Assembly: GCA_030704615.1 (NCBI GenBank)
Contig: CM060733.1
Location: 30,628,001 to 30,692,000 of the forward strand
DNA: 64,000 nucleotides
Reading direction: 5' to 3'
From: Takakia lepidozioides
Taxonomy: Eukaryota; Plantae; Bryophyta
Positions 1 to 9,400 of this stretch are shown one piece after another. Position 1 is the stretch's first letter. Each line of letters starts with the position of its first letter. The notes beneath the pieces were generated by a model. The model worked only from the letters and a program-made list of their open reading frames with translations. It ran no database searches and was not told the DNA's origin. A program made the position numbers and the translations under genes.

Positions 1-690
1 AGTGGCAGGTTGGCCCTGCCAAGGGCATTCATCAGCCGGGCATGGCAATGGATTGCGAGACTCGAGGTCGGGTCTGTTTTGGGAGATGGTGCGGGTTTTG
101 CGCCACTTGCAGCTTCATCAAGCTGTATCTCCAGCATACATCTTGGAGAATGTGCCACTGATGGGCGATTCTCGGGCCAGGGTGATGGCCGTGTGCATCA
201 AGTCCGGTCGTGGCTTGGGTCAGCAGTGTTGCTAGATGCAGCTACAGTGGGGTCACGGGCCATCGTCCACGGCTATGGTGGACTAACTTGATGCCACCCG
301 CACTGCTCAAGCGTGCATTTGATGGGTGCAGCGGCCAGCACATCTCACAGTGGATAGCATTCTGGACACAGGGAGGCAGTCTCAGCGTGTGAGACACGAT
401 GACCGTTCGCCTTTGGCAGTGGTCAACAAGGGGGGGTCAACCACGAGCATCATTACCTACACTGCTCAGCTTCCCAGGATCGCATGCTTTCCGGGATAGT
501 GGACCTGGCCTCCTGTGGGATGCTCAGTTGCAGCAGTTAGTGGAGCTAATGCTGACGAGCGTGAGCGGGCAATGGGTTTACCACTGGTACCACGGCGGTG
601 TCGTCTCTTTCTGAGGCATCACGTCGTCAAGTGTTGGGGCAAGCAATGGATCTCAATTGCTTGACCTGGATTATCAGCTTGGCTATGGCT
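1..690 (+). pseudogene. C5-cytosine DNA methyltransferase domain (DNMT3-like, motifs IV-X) inside the retrotransposon polyprotein; frameshifted
   Basis: Read across frames: AGWPCQGHS (motif IV, catalytic PC, 5-31), YILENV (motif VI, ENV 146-154), SRA-HRPRLWWTNL (motif VIII, ~250-290), ADERERAMG (motif IX, ~550-578), RRQVLGQAMD (motif X, 622-651). Motif I would lie upstream of position 1. Confidence 0.88.
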
Positions 691-971
691 GAGCAACGCA
701 GAGTGCGGAGTACACTTCCCTCGATGGTCTCTCTGCCTACCGAGACGGTACAGGCAGTGAGTGGGGGCGAGCATATGAGGACCACGGGGTGCATGCATCC
801 ATGGCACACGTGGGAGGTGCTCGAGGTTCAGAGGGAGTTGGCAGCCAAGGTGACGATGTGAAAGATGAGGTTGGGGATTCTTCTCGGGTTGAGGAGTCCT
901 CAAGGATGAGATGATGGGGCAGGATGAGGCCTTGTCATTGACTGAGCAGGCAGGGAGTACTGCTCAAGAGG

Positions 972-2854
972 TTGCAACATAGCAACCACTGGACGCGTCC
1001 TCTACCTCTAAGCCCACTGGACTTAAGGTTGCAGTTACGGAGGACAATTGGGAGCCTGACATTGGACCATTGTCACGGAGGAGAGAGACGACGTATACGG
1101 CGGTTCCTGAGGGCTTACAGGAATTGCTTTGCCTTCAGTTTGAAGGACTTGGGAGCACTGAAGGGTCAAGAGATCCGTATTGAGTTGGCCACTGACACGC
1201 CAATCTTTCGGAGACCCTATAGATACAGTGACATGGAGAGGTCTTTGATTCAGATGAGGACTCAAGATCTCTGGGAGGCAGGTTTGGTGGAGCTCTCTGG
1301 TGGAGAGTATGCTTCAGCCACAGTGATGCCAGCCAAGAAGGATGTCTATGGCAATTGGACGGAGAGACGTATGTGCGGTGATTACCGGCCTGTAAATCGT
1401 CAGACCAAGTCCGATAAGTATGCCATGCCAACACCAGAGGAGATCTTTGATGCCATCGGGCATGCTAAGGCCTTTAGCACTTTGGATTTACGATCCGGAT
1501 ATCACCAGTTGCCAATCAAGGAGGCGGACAAGCAGAAGACAGCATTCTGGGGGATCAATGAGCACGGCAAGGATTGCCTATATCAGTGGCGGTTCTTACC
1601 ATTTGGGCTTAAGAATGCTCCTGCAGAGTTTCAGAGAGTCATGGATAGGATTCTAGCAGGGGGGACTTTGCTCGGTGCTACATAGATGACATCATCATCT
1701 TTAGTGTTACGATGGAGGAGCATGAGAGACACCTTCAGGTGGTATTGGAGCGCTTGAGAGCGCACGGATTGAAGTTGCATCCGGGGAAGTGCAAGTTTTC
1801 CACAACCAGATTGAGTATCTGGGTCACATGATATATCCTGGAGGATTGGGGGTACAGCAGACTAAGGTAGAGGCCATTGCACAAATTCCACGCCCCACGG
1901 ATGTGAGCCGAGTTCGAGCTTTCATGGGGTTGGCAAACTATTATAGACGGTTTGTCAAGGGATTTAGTACCATTGCAAAGGCTCTAACCAAGCTGACCAA
2001 GGTGGACCAGGAGTGGCAGTGGGAAGATGAGCAGGAACGAGCTTTTCAAGAGCTCAAGGCGAGGTGACCTCGGCGCCTATCTGAGACGACCTATCAGGAG
2101 GCGTCCCTTTCAGCTGCATACGGATTGGAGCATGTTGGGGCTTGGAGCGGTGCTCACACAGGTGGATGATGAGGGAAGAGAGTTCGTAGTGGCTTATGCT
2201 AGCCGCTCGAACAACGCTGCAGAGGCTAAGTACAGCTCATATGAGGGAGAGTGCTTACCTGCAGTGTGGGCCGTGGCACACTTCAGGTGCTATCTATACG
2301 ACAATCTTTTCACCCTTGTCACGGATCACCAACCACTCAAGTGGTTGATGGAGTCAGACAAGCTTACGGGGAAGCTTGCACGGTGGGCACTCATACTCCA
2401 GGAGTATGACTTTCAGGTTGTGCATCGACCAAGTTTGGTCAATCGGGATGCGGATGGATTGAGTCGCAATCCATGCATGAGCCAGCAGGATGACACTCGA
2501 GCTCGGTGGCATGGTGAGACGGACGAGGAGATGGTGCCAGGATGGCACGCATCTGCATTGTGTATCTTGGCATCGAGAGGTCAGGTTGGACCTACAACAG
2601 GAATGACTGTAGACGGAGTGTCTGAGGACCCTGAGGCTAGTGATGAGCCAAGTGGTGCCAGAGATATATATGAGGATTCGGCTGTGTTGGACTACCTCCG
2701 CACGGGAGACACGGCAACCACTGTGACTGCCAGGGAGAGGGATCGGATCCTGCAACGAGCCAAGAGGTTCAAGTGGGAGGGGATACACCTACTTCGAGTG
2801 TGGGAGGATGGTCGGGTGAGGATTGTGCCTCACCCTACACAGTGTGTCTGTTAG
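972..2854 (+). pseudogene. Gypsy reverse transcriptase and RNase H (frameshifted)
   Basis: RMCGDYRPVN, FSTLDLRSGYHQ, LPFGLKNAPAEFQR, YIDD (1679-1690), IEYLGH, FMGLANYYRRFV; RNase H LHTDWS, YASR, YEGEC, LVTDHQPL, LARWAL. Split over ORFs 972-1685, 1789-2067 and 2027-2854. Confidence 0.93.
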
Positions 2855-4107
2855 TGCGGCATGTCCATGAGGAGTTGGGGCATTTTGGAGTGCGACGCAC
2901 TCACAGTTTACTGCAAGGGCAGTATTGGTGGCGTGGTATGCATACAGAGGTGCAACAGTTTGTGGCTAGGTGTATGGTGTGTAACAGGGTGCGTGCTTCA
3001 TTCAACACCCCTACACCACAGTTGCATCCTTTACCAATCATGGGATTGGGCTACAGGTGGAGTCTTGACTTCGCAGGACCGTTGCCACTGACTATGCGCC
3101 ACCACAGATATGTGTTGGTGATGGTGGAGCACTTCTCCAAGTGGATTGAGTTGGTTCCATTGCCTGACAAGGCTAGTGATGGGGCTGCGTATGCATTCTT
3201 GGATCGTGTGCTTAGCCGAGTTGGTGCTCCAGCTGAGGTACTCACGGACCAAGAGAGAGAGTTCTTGGGGGAGTTTCAGGCTTTGTGTGATAAAGCCTTG
3301 ATAGACCACCGCACCACTTCTCGGCATCATCCTGAGGCCGATGGCTTAGCAGAGAGAGTTGTTCAGACGGTGAAGAGGGGTTTGCACAAGTATGGCTTGC
3401 AGAAGGGACACCTAGGAGATTGGGATCTTCAGGTTCCTTGGTTAGCCATGGGCTACAGGTTCAGCAAACAAGCATCACTTGCCTCCTTCTCACCATATTT
3501 CCTTCTCTTTGGCCGAGAGCCGGATTTGCCTGCAGCCATTCGTAGGGACACTGCTCAAGTCCTTAACCTTGACAATCTGGACGTGTGGGTACGTGCATGT
3601 GATCAGCGTGCAGAGTTGTTCAAGAGAGTCATGCCCATGGCTTTTGAGAACCTTGCCATTGCACAACACCGTGATACGTTGAGGTATGCCACTATACGTG
3701 GTGGAGGATATCGTCCTGGGGTTCGGAGGTTTAGCCCTGGTGACTATGTTTATTTGCAGCAGACTATTCCTACGACTCTGGATGTTACTGCAGGGCGTGT
3801 TATTCTGAGGGTTCGAGAGGTGTTGCCCTCAGGGGTCCTGATCTTGGAGGGTCGGGATGGCATGACTTGGAAGGACCATGTGCGTAATTGTGCGCCATGT
3901 CACCTTCCCAATATTGATGGCAGAGTTGACCCAAACTTGACAGTGGTACCTGCAGGTTTGAGGTGCATGCTCTGTGGGTCTGCCAAAGGGGCAGCCACCA
4001 TGCTGGTGTGTGACCGATGCTCAAGGGGTTGGCATATGGGATGCTTGACACCACCTCTTGAGAAGGTTCCTGACGGAGATTGGTTGTGTCCACACTGCTT
4101 GAAATAG
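2773..4107 (+). CDS. Gypsy integrase (HHCC zinc finger, DDE core) with a C-terminal PHD finger
   Basis: HEELGH...CMVC; LDFAG/TDQ/ERVV core; terminal CMLC-x11-CDRC-x4-HMGC-x14-CPHC (C4HC3) at ~3964-4098. Confidence 0.9.
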   Translation: MGGDTPTSSVGGWSGEDCASPYTVCLLVRHVHEELGHFGVRRTHSLLQGQYWWRGMHTEVQQFVARCMVCNRVRASFNTPTPQLHPLPIMGLGYRWSLDFAGPLPLTMRHHRYVLVMVEHFSKWIELVPLPDKASDGAAYAFLDRVLSRVGAPAEVLTDQEREFLGEFQALCDKALIDHRTTSRHHPEADGLAERVVQTVKRGLHKYGLQKGHLGDWDLQVPWLAMGYRFSKQASLASFSPYFLLFGREPDLPAAIRRDTAQVLNLDNLDVWVRACDQRAELFKRVMPMAFENLAIAQHRDTLRYATIRGGGYRPGVRRFSPGDYVYLQQTIPTTLDVTAGRVILRVREVLPSGVLILEGRDGMTWKDHVRNCAPCHLPNIDGRVDPNLTVVPAGLRCMLCGSAKGAATMLVCDRCSRGWHMGCLTPPLEKVPDGDWLCPHCLK

Positions 4108-4367
4108 TGGCAGTGGACATGACTGGAGGCAGCTAACAAGACATGGGAGGCCAAGGTCATAGGAGTCAATACATGAGATCCCAAGCTCAAGTTCACAGGT
4201 TGCAAGATGGCGACTAACGATGGGGCAACTCTTGCACCCGGCCTCTTGATCTATCGAGTTTGAGTGTAGTAGGGATAGTGGTGGAGGACTTAGTGAGGCT
4301 ATGGTCACTATCACAGCTTGTGGCTACCTGGACTTAGAGGGACCTAAGCACCAGCTAGGGGGGCGAT

Positions 4368-5061
4368 TGTGTGGACTAGTGACTGCCATAGTGGGCAGCA
4401 TAGTGGCAGCCTAGTGACTGACTAGTTGTAGCCTAGTGGTTGGACTAGTGGCTGGACTAGTGGTGGACTAGTTGTATACTAGTGTGTGGTGTGCACATGT
4501 GTTGTGTGGTTTTGGACAGCGATGTAGTTGTGTAGCGATATGTATGCGCACGACAGCTGTCAAGTTATTTTACCATTAGTGTGAAACTAGCTAGGAAATA
4601 ACTAGCTTTTACATATTGACATTTGGGATTGGTCCAAGTGTCAATCCAGGGGTCAAGACAGATTTAGGCCCTGGAGTGGTTATCTTCACGGCAAGCGCGG
4701 GAGGCTCATCTTTCTCGAGTTGAGCCTCACCGCGCCTAACTATGGCGCCGTAGTGTGGATTCCCCATGGCGTGGGGTGCACTTGGCTTGACTTGTATTTG
4801 AGTGATGAGGTTATATATGCATGAGTTTATGCTTCAGCTTTGTGAGCTCGCATGAGCTTGTGCTTGTATTCTTCTTCTTTATCATTGTGTGGACTAGTGA
4901 CTGCCATAGTGGGCAGCATAGTGGCAGCCTAGTGACTGACTAGTTGTAGCTTAGTGGTTGGACTAGTGGTGGACTAGTTGTATACTAGTGTGTGGTGTGC
5001 ACATGTGTTGTGTGGTTTTGGACATCGATGTAGTTGTGTAGCGATATGTATGCGCACGACA
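4368..5061 (+). repeat. 3' LTR of the Gypsy element, with ~180-bp direct repeats at both ends (4368-4555 and 4886-5061)
   Basis: Starts TGTGTGG just after the PPT and ends ...CACGACA. The two ACTAGT-rich direct repeats align nearly perfectly. TATA-like TTATATAT at ~4811. Confidence 0.8.
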
Positions 5062-6490
5062 CCATCAACCCCAATGGTATCTCCCTTCGGGTCGGTAGCT
5101 AGAGAAATACCCCACACAAACGAAGACAGCGAGCGAGAAAGAAGCAGTAGCGTGCGCGCGTGAGTGACAAATTCGGGCATTTCGGGCAGTTCCGAAAACG
5201 TTGGCGCGGCAATTTCTATTGGCGTATTTCGGGCGGGCAATCCGGGCAGATTGACGAAATTTGACGACGAAACGTGGCAGCGATGATGTGGCGACGATGA
5301 TGTGGCGACAAAAACGTGGCACTTTGGCACCCTATTCCTGCTCTACGCTAAACTAGCTTCCGACCTTCGGTCATCGCTAGAATTAAAAAGAAACAGATAT
5401 TGGGACAGAGGCTAGTAGTTTTTCCTTTCACTGTAATCAAAGGGGCCTGATTTGTGAGCCTGCCAGGTGTATCTTTAAAAAATAATAATAAATAGATAAA
5501 TCAAATTGTTATATTGTGTTATATTACCTATTTGTTTTTACAATTGGGTGATAAGATGTTATATAAGTAGTGAAAGTCAGTATGATCACTATAGTTAATA
5601 TATTTTGCCAATAAAGTTTGGTTAGTGATTTATCCATGGTTGCTTAAATCACTGAATTGCATGCCACATCATCGTGATTTTCCTTACGGCCACAGATCAC
5701 TGAATGTCCCAAACAACCCTATGACTGAAACCGCTCATGTTTTGTGACCACGGATTCGCACAGTGATTTTGTCTGAATTCACCAGAATTCCTTGGTGACT
5801 TTTCCCAACTGTGTATCAAACCAGTGTAGTTGTTGGGCCACGCGGATGGTCTTGGGTTTATTGACATTTAGGGAGTCGGGATGGCCCCGACTACATTGAG
5901 GAATCACCTCTGCACAATCTTGGGAGTATCCGACAATTGTCCAAGTTGATGATCCAAGCTACAAATTTTCATTGTTTTTCACAAGGAGGCACCACTTCCA
6001 GGCCCCGAAATATATGCATCTGATTCATCCGCCAGTTCCAAGTCAAGACACTTGTCTGGTGATAAGTATACTGTTGCAATGCTCCCTGAACAGAACAAGG
6101 TACCAGATCCTTCATTCCCAGATCTTGTTCCACTATATTTCCCTCAAGGACCCCTATGAGGCTGCTGTTCTCAATAAGCTCAGACACTAGTATTGCCATA
6201 GGAATGCAGGTGAAATTTTGCTGGGGCTGACTATCACTGTTTTGCTCCAGTGTACTGTAGATGGTAGTTTGGAAGTCCGAAGAAAACCTTGATGTAACAG
6301 TTCAGGAAGATTTGAATTTATCAATCTTCATAAATAAAGCGTCAGGCATCTTGGGAAATGGTAGTGTCTGGGAATCACTCTCACTTTTGGGGCTTTCCAC
6401 ATTCTCTTCTACATACCTCTTCAACCAAAGTTCAAACAGTATATACAATATTATTGGTTCCTTCATGCCTCAGTAACTGAATGTCCACAC

Positions 6491-9400
6491 CTACTTCCTC
6501 TTCTTCTGCTTCGGGTTATGTTTCTTCTTGCTTTTCTTAACTTGTTTAGTGGGACCACTGGCTAAAGGTGCCACAGTTGCTTTGCCCATTTGTTCCAATG
6601 GCACTGTGATGTCAGAAGCTTGTAATAGATTCCTCAGCTGCTCTTGCAGCTGCTTTCGATCATCCTCCAATGATTTCTTAAGCTCTCTCACTTGCTCTTG
6701 TAACCAGTTCAGGTCCGCCTTCTTGTGCACTTCACACCTGCAACCGTCCATATAGCCATTTGTAATGGCAAGACAGGTCAGAACAGAACCACATATCTGG
6801 TATCTTTCCAAGGTTGGTCCCACGGCAGAACACCAGCCATCAACTGCTCTGCCAGCTCCATACATGGTTATGGAGTCTTTGAATCCAGTGCAAACCTAGT
6901 GAGACGGATGAGAGTAGAAGACTGTTTCCCTAGTATTCATACCACCACTCCAAGAGCCAGTTGTTTCGCACGCCACATTATGGAACCCAGCCGGAAATGC
7001 CTTAGTGCTGGCTGCGAGGCGATAACAATAAATGATAATGTACTTTACAATCTACTTATGGGGTTGATTTGGTGTTCATGTGAAGGCAGGATTGAAATGG
7101 AGGATGCGAGAGGAGTAAAAGAAATCCTAGAATTATAGGAAGAGACAAGGAACTATATAACATCCATGAGAAGTTCAAAGGGCTTTTGAGATAGAAGACA
7201 AGACTGAAATGAAATGGCACTTAATAACGTCCACAGAAAGCTCAAAGAGCTTATGGGACAAAAGGGAAAAACAAGAAAGAAGAGACAAAGATTAAAATTC
7301 ACTTAGGTCATGTGAGCTCATGGGACACAATAGGAGAAACAGATTGTACTCATAAGACGTTGTTTGCCGTAGCCTTGTGGCCATTGACCCCGTGCCCAGT
7401 TTGAGCGGGAACAAAAGGGACAGAACCTACCTCTGTCAGGGGCTGACGTTGGTAGCAAGACTTACCTTCATATAAAGAATTAATCCGGGTTTTCCAGATA
7501 TCCTCTAGAAATCCCTTCACACAAGCATCAATCTGCTGTGTGTGATTTGACCAAAAACTAGGCCTCAGGAGGGCCTGGGCTTTTGGCTCAGCCTCGAGAC
7601 TTTCAAAGTTGGTAAACAGGGATACAGGCACAATTCCCTTGATAGAGTTGAAGAGAGCGTCTCTTTGGTGAGAGAACCCCGGACAGTGTATCAGAAAATG
7701 AATACTGTCTTCAGATTGCTACCCCACTGCCACTTAAGATCACTTCCTCCCTCTCCTCTGTCATTGAATGCTACCACTGCACATTTGCTGACATTAGCCT
7801 CTAGCCCCCAAAGATTAAAGTATCTCTTCGCGCAATCAATCAACTCCTGGAGATTGGTTGGAGTCTCCCCTATGCCTGCAAAGTCATCCGCAAACATAAG
7901 GGCTGGTATGGTGGTATCACCCACCCTTAACCCAAATCCCTCACTTTCCACATCCTCGAGGAGTTGATTGATAAAAACATTGAAGAGCAGAGGGGAGAGA
8001 GTACATCCTTGAGCTACACCTTGGTCTATGTCAAAGAAGTTGGACTTCTGTCCGTTAACAGTGACACAGTTTTTGGTGTGAGCATACAAGTTGTGGACAA
8101 CTCTCCACATCTTTCCCTTGATCCCACAAGACCAGAGGCGGAACCATAGGCCATCTCTCCACACTGTGTCATAAGCCTTTTTGACATCCAGGAAAATAAC
8201 ATAAGTGGGTTTCCCTTCTTTTTTCCTTCCCTGGATAATCTGGCTTAGAGTGAAGATATGATCCACACAGCCCCTGTTTCGCCGAAAGCCAGCTTGGCCT
8301 TCGTGGAAACAACCTCTAGACTCCAGATCAACCTCGAGACGAGTACTTATAACTCTGCAGAATGTCTTGCCAACAGCATTGAGGAGCGTGATGCCACGGT
8401 AGTTCCCCGGTTCTTCTCTGTCACCCTTCTTGTATAGATTGACAATGACCCCCTGTCGCCAGCGAAAGGGGATAATTTCAGTCTTCCAGATAAGGTTAAA
8501 GAGGAGAACTAGGGCCTCTATCATGGGATCGCCACCGTGCTTGATAAGCTCGTTGACAATACCATCAGGTCCACCAGCTTTATATCCATTTAAATGTTCA
8601 ATTGCTTCCACAATCTCAGAAGAACTAATGGGAGCGTTATAAGCCATTGAAATATACTCCAGTTCATCAGGGCTGTTGTGAATCATAGGAACAGTTTTTC
8701 CAACTGTGTCCCTCCATTCAGCAGAAGACCCCTCACTGTTAGACCTAGAAGTTCTGCCAAGGATACTGTAGTGATTTTCAAAGGTTTTGACAATGTCAAC
8801 CGATGAAGTCACCACTGCACCTTTAGTAGTCTTCAGCGCTTGTACTTGCTGACCGGTTTTAGGCTTGTACAAACGTTGAAGGGCCAACCAGAATTTCTTG
8901 TCATTACCACCATGGTGGTTTGAGTTTATTTCACTGTATAACTTGTCCCAGTATAATTTCTTCTGAGACCTAACAAGCTGATTGATATCTTTACGGAGCT
9001 GGTAGTACCTCACCCACAATTCTCTGTCGGTTTTCAAATTGCAGCACTCTTTAGAAAGGGCTCGTCTCTCAGCTATCTTGAGTTTGATCTCATTGGTCCA
9101 CCAATTAACAGCTCTACCGCAGACAATTAGTTTCCTCCCAATGATCTTGTCAGCCACGGAGGAAACGAAACTCTCCCAAGAGTCCACTGCTCTTTCGACT
9201 TCATTTCTTGCGTTGTCAGAGCGAGACTGAAGTTCTTGGAGCGATTGGACAAAATGAGGGAGAGCCTCTTGCAAGGCCTGGACGTACTCAGCCTTGACCT
9301 CCTCATTATGGAATTTTTCTATGCGCCACTTCCGAATCGAACGTTTCACAGATCTCTTGGTGTTGGGAAAACACCTTTTGATCTCAGTCCAAACCAGGAA

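Larger units (their letters stand above)
1..5061 (+). mobile_element. Ty3/Gypsy LTR retrotransposon (5' part outside window) encoding DNMT-RT-RNaseH-integrase-PHD; decayed
   Basis: Domain order RT > RNase H > integrase is Gypsy-type. Purine tract AGGGGGG at 4357-4363 is followed by a TG...CA LTR at 4368-5061. The pol region has multiple frameshifts. Confidence 0.93.

Noticed and set aside
4368-5061. Regularly spaced ACTAGT motifs suggesting a CRISPR-like array
   Set aside because: No constant repeat/unique spacer structure, eukaryotic context and no cas genes; explained as LTR-internal repeats.
5969-6470. Short ORFs downstream of the helicase stop codon
   Set aside because: No recognisable motif or consistent splice path; the helicase already ends in a Lys-rich tail at 6491.
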